Shown here: in pieces, positions 38,101 to 50,100 of the stretch
Position numbering within the stretch: the first letter of the stretch is position 1
Layout of the letters: each line of letters begins with the position of its first letter
DNA from: Chara braunii
Lineage: Eukaryota; Plantae; Charophyceae
DNA length: 55,301 nt
Assembly (NCBI GenBank): GCA_003427395.1
Contig: BFEA01000027.1
Coordinates: forward strand, 3,331,573-3,386,873
Direction: 5' to 3'
Notes under the pieces: generated by a model
Told to the model about the DNA's origin: nothing
Database searches by the model: none
What the model saw: only the letters and a program-made list of their open reading frames with translations
Program-made: the position numbers and the translations under genes

Positions 38101-39473
38101 CCCGTTATGTGCAGGAAGCAAGAACATTAACGGGCGGAGAGGAAAAACAGGTTTATCTATTGGGAACGACTGCTAGTTTCAGAGTGGAACCACTAGCCTA
38201 TGCCTGGAGGAAAGTAGGTTCAGCCGGTAAAACCAGGTTTCTACCCCCCATACAAACCAAAAGTTGGAATGAAGACTTTTAAAGATTCACCAGATAATAA
38301 GCCAACAATAGTCGCCTCAAGAAGACTGGCAAGGGCAAAAGGCGGGCACTTTGGCCAGTCGGATTGGAGAGCTCTATGGAGGGCCCTAACCTGGCTACCA
38401 TCTCGGAAAGATGCGAGCTTGCTATGGTTACAATCCTTCTTGGTAGTAACAACAACAGTTTGGCTAAATCAGATAGGAATGGATATTGACATAACATGTG
38501 GCAGATGCGACTGGGGGTGCGAATCCAACTCTCACTTGTGGCTCTGCTGCACATTGTCCGATGAACTCTGGATGTGGTGGTTAGAGAAATGGAAAATAAT
38601 TACAGATTCAACATGGCCCTGGACAGATGACTGAACGCTTTATGGGATCCTGTCGGTCGAGGATGGAAGTTTCACGAGGGGCTGGGGTTATGTGGCCCTA
38701 TCATGCAGAGGTATAATCCTTCAGGAGATCTGGAGGGCAAGGAACTCGCAAGTCTTCAAAAGGAAAAAGATTGTCATCCAACTTGAGAACAACAGCATCA
38801 GATTAAGGGGAACATTCAGTGAACCATACTGGCTGATTGGCAGGGGTGTGGTAGAAGCAAGAAGAAAGGCTTATTTTGGTTTCACATTACGTAGGCCATT
38901 AGCAGCTCTCTAGTCTCAGTCTCTCAAGATAGGAAGCTTTCATTCGCTTAGTGGTTGAAACCGCCTTGAGTTTTTTAGGGCAATGAAATAGTGAAAGTAC
39001 CGTTAGTAAGAGATGGGACGTCAGATTAATGACAGGAAACTGGTTATACAGTAAAAAAAGTGCGCTGTCTGGGATTTGTTTTTCATCTGTGTCCTTTTTC
39101 GGTCGTTTTCCCCAGATATGCTAGTTTTAATAGACTTCAAGTTTAATTTTTTGGAGGAATAGTAGTTTTGGGGAGTATTGTGTTAAAAGGAAGATATATG
39201 GGCGCTGGACCCGGTTTCCAGCAAGAGCCTGAACTGGGTAATGGCCCCAGAGTGACTTATCCGGGTTGTTTGTGAGGATTCCCGACCTCTTATTCCTTTT
39301 GAGCATTAAAATGTTTATTTCCTCAAAAAAAAAAAAAAAAAGTTGTTGATTGAATCCCCACCCAGCCTGCTGCTCTGATGCTTTCAACACAGTCCTCGGC
39401 TGCGCCACCAACTTCTCGAAGAAATCTGGTGAGTGGGCGTGTGAGGTCGGGATAGACTAACTCACGGAAGGCG

Positions 39474-39572
39474 TTTTTTTTTTTTTTTTTTGAAAAGAAC
39501 TCCCTTCAGACTACTAGGGGTGCTGATATGAACAAACACCGCTAGTATCGTAGAGGAGGCTCCATCTAGGTG
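39474..39572 (-). mobile_element. Very short retroelement 3' tail (partial motif, third hairpin, poly(A))
   Basis: Minus strand CACCTAGATGGAGCCTCC...CTAGCGGTGTTT-GTTCATATC-AGCACCCCTAG...(A)n matches the tails at 29340 and 43050. Confidence 0.7.
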
Positions 39573-39869
39573 ATTGATTTCCCCTAACTTGTTTTTTCGT
39601 TCCACAACCCCTTGACGAAACCCTTGAGATGGCCGTCCTTAAAACTGAAGTGTGGATGGCATTGCACCAGAAACAGTGGTGACTTTTACTGGTGGAAAAA
39701 TACCAAAAAAAAGAAAAAGGTACGTATATTATCCGTTTCGTAGGGTCCAGCCCTTGAGCTTCAAATGACATCTCGAGGCTCCCTTGAGATTTTCGTTGTT
39801 TTGGCTGAACCGCACTTGGGTTTCAAGGGCGGACCCTTGAGATGCAAAATGTGGAAGCATTCCGAACAT

Positions 39870-42800
39870 TCAAATCGATGTAATTAGTGTCCAAGTCAAT
39901 GGGAGTCTCGCACCGCCTCTACACTTGGAGAGATCAGTCTGCCAAGGAGATCCAATAGCCCCTTTTCTTTTCATGGTCATTATGGAGGCACTAGCCGCCA
40001 ATCTCCGGGCCAATAAAAATATTACAAAGATATGTGTCACACGTATCCCGGAGGACGCAATCCTGGTGTGCTCTCTATTGGCAGATGACCTCACAATAAT
40101 GACAGAGGCCACACACCGTAACATGGAGGAAATTCAGCGGATGATGGAAAAACTTGTCAGTGTGTCTGATATGGTAGTTAATTGGGGTTCTAAAACACAG
40201 GGCTGGTGGATCCACTACCAAGGAGGGCGCCCGCTAGAGTCACCACGAATCGCATGGAAACCACCAGAGGCCCTAATAAGAATTTTGGGGGTATCCATGA
40301 CCACTGAGGGACGGCTGTCAATCAACGATGGGTGGATTAGCACCCCGGCCCAACATAAACTAAATAACTGGAGAAACAAACACGCATCCTTTTCGGTCGA
40401 GCGCTGGTTATTAATAACGTGAGTTTTGCATCCTTATGGTACAAATCCTTGTTGTGGTCACTGAGCAAAGCAGTCCTGAGAAGCCTGAGGAAAAAAGCAG
40501 CAGCCTTCTTGTGGAGAAGGGATGGGGGGCAGACCAACGCAATAAGTCATGTAGCTTGGGGTTCAAATCCTTGTTGTGGTCACTGAGCAAAGCAGCCCTG
40601 AGAAGCCTGAGGAAAAAAGCAGCAGCCTTCCTGTGGAGAGGGGATGGGGGGCAGACCAACGCAATAAGTCGTGTAGCTTGGGGCTCAATTATCCAACCTA
40701 AAGGAGGAGGAGGATTGGGAATAATTGACCCATCCACACAGGTCCAAACCCTTTGTATAAAATGGATTAAAAAGCTTATCTTCGCCCCCCATAGCCCGTG
40801 GTGTATCTTACCTTTGGAACATTTGGCTCGAATGGCCCTGGAGGCCCCCCATAAGATTCATCCGCTGACATGGCTGGAGGATCGCTTCTGGACAGACCCA
40901 CACAAACTCCCACAAGTTAGGGACAGGACGGAAGGAGGGGCTCAATCGATGGACACATTCTGGCCATCCTTGCTGCAGACCTGGCGTAATCTCCTGCTCC
41001 CAGACAAGAACCCCCCCAACCGTTGGGAGGAGGTCCACTGACAGCCTCTCTTTGGGAGCAGATGGATAACGGACACGAGGGGCTGCGTCATGAAGAGCTC
41101 AACCCTACCCTGGAAAACTTGGGTTAAACATGACATCCTTAGGGTAGGGGATCTATGGGACCATGACAGACACGATTAGAAAACAAAGGAACAAATGCGA
41201 GCATCCTTAAAGTAATGTCACTGTGTGGAAGAACTCTTTGAGAGTCTCATTGAAGCCATCCCACTGGAATGGTACCGGATCCTCAAACATGGCCCTACCT
41301 TGAGAATAGGGGATTGGGTGGCATGCACAGGGCCCCCGTTAAGGACCGGCCAGATTCACATGGTCTCACCCCAGCTAGTCCTGGTTGCACATCACACCAT
41401 CACTAAAAAAGGCACCCTCCAAGGGAGTAGAGCACCTTTTGAATGGACAAAGAAAGAGGTAGTGCATCGGGTGAGGGTTTTAGAAGAGAAAGGACAAAGG
41501 GTGGCATACTAGCCTGATAAAACAATCCAGGACCTGCCCTTTGATCCGATGGAATGGATTTGGCTGCCTCCCCAAAAGAAGGGAACCCCCAAGGTCAGCC
41601 AGATTAGCCTGCATCAATTAACGGTCCAAGTCGCCTACAAAATGCTCAGACCTAAGCGGTATCTGAATGATTTGATCAACGATAGATGGGTCAGGCAGCT
41701 AAATGTGGACCGATCCCTCTTATCGTCAATCCAATGGTTCAAGGAACAAAAATCCAAAGCCCATGAAAATCACCTCTCTTCAATGGCAAATAACACACCG
41801 ATGTCTGCCAACCAATGATTGGTTGGCTAACCGCACAACCCTCGAACAGAGAGGAATGTTGCTTCCTTGGTGTCAGCGGTGCCAAGGTCTCTCCCCCCCC
41901 CACAAAAAGGCGGAGACCATTGAGCACATCTTCATGCAATATCCGATTGCTCAATTCATATGAAGATGGTGGGATCGCATGTGGCGGAAGATGGAACCAG
42001 ACATTCCCTGACCCTGGTCATGGCAGACCATATCGGCTGGGCATTGGCCACTGACAGAAACAGCCTCAACCTTCGTAAGGAATATGTACAGACTTGGAAA
42101 AAGAGTAGTGATTTGGACTCTTTGGTGGCAGAGGTGCACCCTGGCCATGGAAAGGGTGCGGGTGGAAGGGGCGGAAGTTCTAGAACAAATTCAGCAGCAG
42201 ATTCACCTTGAACTTCTAAAGAGATGGTTGGACACAAGATTCCAATTAGACCTTTTCAAACAAATTGGAGATGTCAGGAGACGGATTACGACTTTTTGCA
42301 CAGACTGGGTAGGGGGAGGAAGAGAAGGATGGATTGCAAAAATTGAATGGAGTGGGGACAGGGGAGTTGGGCCGTATGATTTGGAGCAAATAAGAAACTA
42401 TCGTCTAATTTTTAAGGACTGGACTAACATAGAGCCCTCCTTCCCTCTACGCCCTCCCTCGGATTTTCCGGACCCCTTTCCTCCTCATGCCCTGTCTCTA
42501 ACGGAGATTTTGTCTTGAGCATGATACTTTCCTTCGCAAACCTCACACGCCTTCACAAATCGAAAGACCTCCCTGGAGCCCCCTGGGGAGGACCTCACCA
42601 ATGCCTTTTTCTATTATACTTTCTGCTGAGGTAGTCAATGCCGACTTTTTTAGTATTCTGGAAGGAACTGAGCATGAGGGTTCTGAATGCAACTGAGCAT
42701 GGTTTTGGAGTGTGTGGCTCCCCTAATTAGTATCAGTCCCTAGTGGTCTATCCGACGCCCTTCTTATAAGGGTGAAGAGATACAAAAGAGATTAGCTGCC

Positions 42801-43142
42801 CTGCATCACACAAGGATATTACACAGAATCTGCTCAGTCAATCCCCTGGGTTTAAGGGCAATCAATGCTGGCAGACTCCATAGCCACTATTATAATAGGG
42901 TATGCTCAGTCAATCCCCTATTTTGCAGGGTAATCAATGCTGGCAAATAACACAAGTCACTGTTCTCACTATTCTCACCTTCTCAAGATATTGTTCTTTC
43001 AAGGGACGCTGGACCTGTTTTCCAGCAGGTGACGCTCCCCACTAATAGATGGAGCCTCCCCCCAGGTGTTAGTGGTGTCTGCTCTTACCAACAACACTAA
43101 CACTGGTGGGGGTGTTTTTCTTATAAAAAAAAAGAAAAAAAA
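39870..43142 (+). mobile_element. L1/Tx1-like LINE, 5'-truncated within RT, degenerate
   Basis: VCQGDPIAPFLF, LLADD, GGLGI and CCHC-like CQRC..ETIEHIF. The ORF2 remnant ends at 42518. 3' UTR carries a type A motif (43003-43055) and an A-tail at 43125-43142. Internal 122-bp tandem duplication at 40442-40683. TSD not found. Confidence 0.9.
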
Positions 43143-43210
43143 GGGAGGGGTGGAATGATGCTTCCTTGAAAATCCGTGAGTTTCAAGTGGTGTTGAACGA
43201 GACCCTAATG

Positions 43211-43445
43211 TTTTTTTTTTTTTTTTTTTTTTTTTTGAGAGAACAGTCTTGCTGCTAGTGATGGTGATATGAGCACCCCCCCCTAGCAGTCATCCCGGAT
43301 GCTCCAGTCTATTGGTGGGGAGCCGCACCTGCTGGAAACGGGGTTCATCGTCCCATTTTTCATCAACCATATGAGTCACCATCAAAACTTCCCTGTGCAA
43401 AGTGTCATCCTGCCAGCATTGATTGCCCTGATTGCCAGGAGCAGG
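43211..43445 (-). mobile_element. LINE 3' UTR fragment on the minus strand (motif 43301-43354, poly(A))
   Basis: T-run at 43211-43236. AGGGCAATCAATGCTGGCA (minus, ~43411-43429) is shared with the 3' UTR at 42855 and 42927. Confidence 0.8.
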
Positions 43446-43866
43446 TAGTGATAAGCTTGGGAGAGGCTTTATGATTTGGAAAGGCACGACAAACATACCC
43501 TCAGGCGTGTTCGTCTTTTTCCATCTTGCATTCACAAGTGCGTTCATTCTACAGTGTTGTGTGGCTAAAGGGGGGCAAACTGTAGAAAGAAGGCTGTCAA
43601 ATTTATTATGACGGCCGTCGATTTTTCTGCCTTTCAACAGCGGTTCCCAATTCGATGGTGTCATGCGCCTTTGCTACAAAACACCATTGGATCGGGACAG
43701 TGTCGAGCTCTCTGTTCGGACTGCCTCACTACAAAAAAATGAACTTTTTACCTCGGCCTCGTTGGCAGCGGTTGAAAGTCACTTGATATTCATCAATGCC
43801 TTCTAGACCAGTTGAGTTTTGGGCGGCTGCAGGTGGGCATCTTAGGGCTAATCGTGTCGAACTGGA

Positions 43867-44112
43867 GGCCTGGTTGCACTTACTCGCCACTATATTTCTT
43901 CTACAGAAAAAGTTATTTTTTTTTGTTTGCCACGAGGATGACCCTTCACAAAATAACACTACAGAGTCGGGAACTCGCCGCACTTTGTGGCGGAATGAAA
44001 AAGGAAACTCGGCAAAAGTTCTGACAAGTTTCCTTACACCAAGTTTGGCGAGTAAGTGCAACCAAGCACCTACTCGCCAAACTTGGGCTATGAAGAGTAG
44101 TGCAACCAGGCC
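43867..44112. mobile_element. 246-bp PIF/Harbinger-like MITE
   Basis: Perfect 14-bp TIRs GGCCTGGTTGCACT / AGTGCAACCAGGCC. Internal 16-bp-stem hairpin CCAAGTTTGGCGAGTA...TACTCGCCAAACTTGG (44039-44086). The TSD is not clean. Confidence 0.75.
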
Positions 44113-44329
44113 CTGAGAGTTGGAAACGGGAGCCGTCGAAAAACCTTTTCTGACAGGTGTAGGACCATTTCCTACAGTTGGCGATTGGACAGCCTGTGTG
44201 CCCGCGCGACACTGTCGAAAATCGGGTTTTCGACAGTGGTGTGGCGAGGATCTTATGGAGAAGTGACTAAGAGATTGTGCAAACAGCCCTAATCCCGACA
44301 CCAGCTATCAATTGGCCTAAAGAAATCCG

Positions 44330-44403
44330 GATACCTAGCCCATGCTGCTGAATGGTGCACCCATCAACTGTTGATATGCAGGCCAGAGTTCAAATCCTAG
44401 AGG
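44330..44403 (+). mobile_element. tRNA-derived SINE head, family 2 (Asn-like)
   Basis: GATACCTAGCCCATGCTGCTGAATGGT...AACTGTTG...GAGTTCAAATCCTAG is homologous to the minus-strand copies at 10887-10963 and 11070-11146. Confidence 0.65.
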
Positions 44404-44458
44404 AAGAAGAAAAGAGGGAGAGGAGAACAAACACTATCCCCATAGAGCTTACAAAAGA

Positions 44459-44605
44459 TTAAGACGCCTAAAGCGTCAAATAGCCTATACGGATGCCTCC
44501 CCACTCATTGCTGGGGCTCTACAGTGACCTCTTTTTTTAAGACGCCTAAAGCGTCAAATAGCCTTTAAGGATGTCTCCCCACTCATGGCTGGGGCTCTAA
44601 AGTGA
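44459..44605. repeat. 78-bp tandem duplication
   Basis: TTAAGACGCCTAAAGCGTCAAATAGCCT...CTGGGGCTCTA.AGTGA occurs twice. Confidence 0.9.
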
Positions 44606-47120
44606 TTTTTTTTTTTTTTTTTTTTTTGATTGGGACAAATGCTCCAGTCTATTCGTGGGGAGCAACACGTGCTGGGAACCGGGCCCAACATCCCATATAG
44701 GATTACACAAGTCATTTAAGATACCGGGGCCATTACCCGGCTTCGGCTGAGAATCAATCTGAGAACTATTGAGAACTATTGAAGAAATTCAAGAGAATTA
44801 AAAAGAGGTTGAAAAACTATTGACGACTACTGACCTCTTTTCAAATGTTCAGAACCCCTAGATTCCCAAACAAAACTCTCTAAAATTGTCCAACACTGTC
44901 TTATTCCCTGTCAGGCTCTCCCAGGCCTCACACTCCCACTCGGCTACGTTACAGAGCAACACGACCCGCCCCAACTCCGGCCAGCATCGTCCCAACAGCA
45001 ACCCTTGGTTATCCTGTGGAATGCCCACCCCAAAGCATCCCCAGATCTCTCTACCAGGCCTCACGCTCCTGCAATCAGCAGGTTACAGGGCAACACCCCA
45101 ACACTGGTCAGCGTCGTTCTGACATCGAACAACCGCAGATCCATGAATGTACCAGTATCAAACAACCTAAAGCGAGTTGCTAGACGTCCGTAGAATCCTA
45201 AAACATTCTTTTTTTTTAGAGCACATACAGAAAAATTTTTGAGATACCGGGACTTCAACCCGACTTTGTCATCACTAAGGTCCTATAAATGCTCAAAACC
45301 CTCAGAATCTTTAGCAAATCCTTATAAAAATCTCCAATACTGTCTTACTCCCTGCTGAGCTCTTCCAGGTCGCACACCCCCACCCGCTCGGGTTATAGGG
45401 CAACACGACTCACCCCAGCTCCGACCAACGTCGTCCCAGTAGTAACCCTTAGTTGTCCCTTGAAATGCCCACTCCAAAGCATTCCTTGATCTCTCTACCA
45501 GGCCTCACACTCCTGCATCAGCAGGTTACAGGGCAACACCCCAGTATCGGTCAACGTCGTTCTAGCATCGGACAGTCGCAGATCACTGAGTATAACAGTA
45601 ATGAAGCCTCCTAAATGAGTTGCTGAGGGTCCCCAAAATCACAAAACATTCGTAAGACCACAATTTTTTTTTTTTTTTTTAGGATGTGATCACGGAAATA
45701 TTTGGACCGAAAACTACCTACCTTTAGCAACTATCAACAGCTCAACCCTATCCGCCTCTCTCCTATACCCCAATACCCAATCTCTACCAAGCCTCCCACA
45801 CCCAACTACTAGGTTATAGAGTGGCACGACCCACCCTAGAAATCCCCCCACCTGCTAGGTTACAGGGCAAAACGACCCGCCCCGACTCTGGCCAGCGTCG
45901 ACTAAGTATCAGTTCGCCAATAGACACTAGAGTACCTTCCACCCTCTACAACTCCCCAAATCTCTCTATTAGGTCTTTTGTTCCCGTACCGCTTGGGTTA
46001 CAGGGCAGCACAACCAAGCTCCAACACCGACCAGCGTCGTTTTGACCTCATCCATTTGCGGACCACTGGGACTCAAAGACATCAACATATACCATACAAG
46101 CCACCAGTCGTCGCCAAGGTTGTAGTTCCGATCATCCTTTCTTTCAAGCACTGGCTGCAAACATCCAACGAACCTTCTCAACCTTACTATGGCAAGACTT
46201 ACTACACTAGAGCCACCATCTCCACTGCTATTGTACCCTATTTCCGCTCTACTGGCTAGCCCCTTCGTCGTAGAGCGCGTTATCTCCAACCATCACCACA
46301 AGCACAATCTACTGCAACCAGCACCAAAATTATGCCGATTTTTCCAGTTGAAACCTAAAAAAAACAAAAAGATTTCAAAGAACACAGATACACACGCAGT
46401 AATCTAACCTAAAAGGCAGTCAACACCTATTATTCCCACAGGGAGAGAGAGGACGGGAGGGGAACTACTTCTTTCCCCATAGAAATTCCTGCGCGTATTC
46501 ACGTCTCAGCTGGATGTAAAAGAGCTCACAAGAAACCGAGTGCCTTACTCCTCCCCCCCCCAAAACAAGCTCTTGTCCTTTCGCTGCCTCCGCTGGAAGG
46601 CGCTCCTTCACCTCCCAGCCCCAGTTTGGAACAACCCCTAATTCACTCCCGCTCCCTCGGCAACATGCAATACCCCCTCGAGCATGCCCCCGCAGAGCTG
46701 AAGATCCCTCTTCCCTCGTGTCCCACCCCCTCCAAATGAAACACCTCTCGACCTCTCATCTTGCTGAGAACAGCACGGCCCCTTGTCCTCCCTCCCAACC
46801 GCCGTAGCTGATCTGTCCCAGATCAGTCTGGCCCAAAGGAGAACAAAACCCACAATATCGTCCCTACCCTCTCAAGGATCACACCTCCCACCTTCTATAA
46901 CCCTTGCAGGGAGGGGCTCCAACCCTGAAGGAGATAATTCAATCAGCACCTATGATCCCAAATCCTACAATATCACAACTTGAGACTCGATTGTAACCAG
47001 TTTTTTGAAAATCCTTCAAACAAGTGACCTCAAATATCGAAATTAATTTGTCACCCTTTGTGCTTCAAAATTGAGTAATCATTCATTGGGATCAGAGAAA
47101 AAACACTCTGATTAATTCCA
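44606..47120 (-). mobile_element. Long, apparently non-coding retroposon-like element (left arm); type B motif at 44641-44694 and poly(A)
   Basis: T-run at 44606-44627 followed by the motif. Internal ~445-bp-period direct repeat (44891 / 45335) and ~7 GGTTAYAGRGC motifs. Inverted homology to 53480-55190. The inner boundary is approximate. Confidence 0.65.
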
Positions 47121-50100
47121 GATTATGAATCTTGCTTGGAGAATACGAATTAAGGATTAAGAATCCTGCTCAGAAAATACAAATTTCAGACTAAGGATCT
47201 CGCTGAGAATCAGAAAAAATAAATTTCAGATTAGGGATCAATTACATTCAGAAAACACTTGCGATCTCATGAATCATATTTTAAACAAGACACAATCATA
47301 ACAACGAAATCATTTAAAAACAACCTCTAAAAAAAATTCCTTAATCGCGCCAGCATTAGAATACATCATCACCAGAAAAATCCAGATCATGTTTTTCGAC
47401 AGAAAAACAAACACTCAGTAGGGATTTTATAGGCTTGTAATCAGAAAGAAATTAGCACCTCAACCATCAGTCTTGTCACTTAGGAAAAACAACGGACAAT
47501 CTACGTAATTCCTTACCAACGCTAATTCCCTCCCCCCACACATGTCATGTTCTCTCTCTCTCCCAACCTCCACCTCCTCCTTCATCGGCTACAAAAGCAT
47601 ATCAGTTGCTCGTGACCTGCATCACATCTAACTAAAAAGTTGAACGATGAAGATTGTCGAGCCGTGACCAAAACTTACCACAACACAGCCACGTAGCGAG
47701 CCCAAACCGCCGAGCCCGTCGACGACCCCTCGCCGACAGTCCGGAGGGAGAAAGAATATCCATGGTAGCAGAAGCCTACTCGATCCGCCATCTCTCGTAG
47801 CCCGCCGTTCGAATCTTCACCAAGAGCAGACCTGCCACAAAACGAGCGGAAAAATCTCACGATGTTGCTCCCTGCTGAAGAACGACATAAATGTCTCATC
47901 CCCTCTTTGTAATAGACCTCGCCACACCATTCACCAAATGTGAAAGGGACAAAAAACATGGCATACCTTTCCCCCTTCTAGAGGAAGATACAACCTGCAT
48001 TTCACAGTCGGGTGAGTACTGTGTTACGTAACGTGAAAGGTGTTCAATGCCTGTCATCTTGCCACTTGGCTCACGTTGCAAAGGCAACAGCCCATTGAAC
48101 ACCGTTTTACGGTTTTTTTTGTCTCGTCGCACAGCTCACCAAATGCACAAATAACAAAAGTTATGACCGTGCTGTGATAAGCCAGGATCCGTACTTTGTG
48201 GCTTCACATACCCTTCGGAGTAAAACCCGAAGTAAGCCCAGATACATTGATCTTACCTGATCAGGGAAAGCGGGGTTTATTTTTCAATTTTGGGGATTAA
48301 ATGCATGTATCTTTCGGAATTGCACCTGTCCTCGTTCAAATTAGTCCTCCGCGCGGACGATTAGCGACCATGCAGGGGAATTGAAGAAACGGTTATGAAT
48401 TTCAGTTGTCCGCATTCAAATTTCCTTCATACTAGCGCGCGCGTGACCATTTTTGAATTCTTGCTTGCCGCGCGAACCCACTTTCCGCTCTGCATGTGCG
48501 CACCACCTTCCCTTCTTGCTAAGGGCTCCTCCCTGCATGTCCCTTCGTCTTCCCCCAACTCTTCGGTTGATCCTCCCCCAACTTTTTCGGTGCAATTAAT
48601 TGGTCGTTTGTTGGGATGCTCAGATCTATGCTGCGAAAGCGAACCTACAGGCACAACTTAAACGACCACTCCAATTGATAGGAATTTTCGATCACCCCGC
48701 CTTCTTTGATCCTTCTAGAACCTTCTTCTTTCCTCTGTCCTGCTCATCTAGACCCCTCGCTGCCCGCATCACACGCTGGTGCCTCGCCGCCTTCCGCACC
48801 ATAAATTTACGCAGCCCCCTCTCCTCACTCTCTTTGATCTCAGCTACAATGTTGTGCAAGCTGTGCGCAAAGACCACGACGCCGAACAGGCTCAACGTGC
48901 CCAAGGAACGGGCGGAGTGATGGCGTGGGGTGGAATTAGCAGTAGACTTAGGGTAAGGCAGTCGGAGGGACTAAGCAGTGGTGAAGATGGGAACGTGGCC
49001 AGCGGCAGGGTCTTATGCCTATGGTTGGTTCAAAATTCAATCATGTTGGTAATTGTACACACGAAGTGCCTACGTTGATTGGGATTTTTTTTTAAAATAG
49101 CGAGGGACTCATTTCTTCTCCATCGTTGCTTTGTCCAAGTGTCGTGTATGCTCCAACTAAGTGTGCATACTTAGTTGCATGCCAGACGATTGGCTGTGAG
49201 TGTCAATGGATGCTAAATGCTTCGCTGCCAGAGAGTTTATGGGTGTATCCTTGTGGAAATATGGAGTGGTGGTTATGAGTCTGTTTGCTCACATGAGTGC
49301 AGCTTTGGGTTACAATGGGTTTTGAACGTCTGCTTGCATGTATGAGTGTTGATATCCACTGTTCTTCGACTAACTGTCGTTCTCCGCGCCGAGGGTGTGT
49401 GGGACATCGTTGTCACCCTTTTCCCTTTGTCCCCTCTCACGCAACAAGCACCACGTGTCGGTTTCTCCGCTCACTTGGGTTGATAGCTGGTAACCAAGAA
49501 CGTCGGGCGTTGATGTTCCATCAACCCACCCGACCTCTCAGTCGTCTGGCCATCACCGTATTTGCTACGGTGACAACTTTTTACTTGACGATGTCATGTG
49601 CCCGAGCTTGCACTTTTGATGAGTGGGAGTGAGTAGGGTAGGATCCTTTGGAATTTGCATGGAGTCGAGGTCTGCTGTGGTGAACGTGAGCGCGGATAAT
49701 TGTCCGTGCTTTAACCTCACGTCGATCCGGCATAGCGATTTCCCGCCCTTCCCAATTGCAAACGAAGATGATGTGTACTGTGATGTGGATGTGTGGAGGA
49801 CCTTGTTGCGGGTCGACCGGATTCACCTCTATAATCCGTCGAAGGCTTGCCATATAGGAAAGAGTAGGTTTGTTCCGATCGATTGGTTTTCTTCCCCACA
49901 TTCATCTTGCCTTATACAGATCTCACGGTGCTCCCATGGTCGGTGGCCCACGCCACGTGGAAGCCTCCACTTAACTAAAGTTGGTGCCGATTATGAAACT
50001 TGTGTTTCTGTCGGGGGCTGGTCCTAGGGTACGAGGACTCGGTTCGATTCTAAGACCTTGCCCATCACATAGGAACTCTACCGGTGAGCTTTCGAACCTG

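Larger units (their letters stand above)
30260..39338 (+). mobile_element. L1/Tx1-like LINE (outer element; ORF2 only, degenerate), interrupted at 30706 by a nested LINE and resuming at 35191
   Basis: EN motifs LQETK, SIYAP, GDWN, then after the insert RWLDFIVV, SDHNPI. RT LLDMEKAYD, LRQGCTLAPLLF. CCHC-like CGRC..ESNSHLWLCC. Poly(A) at 39325-39341. TSD AAAGTTGTTGATT at 30247-30259 and 39339-39351. Confidence 0.92.
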
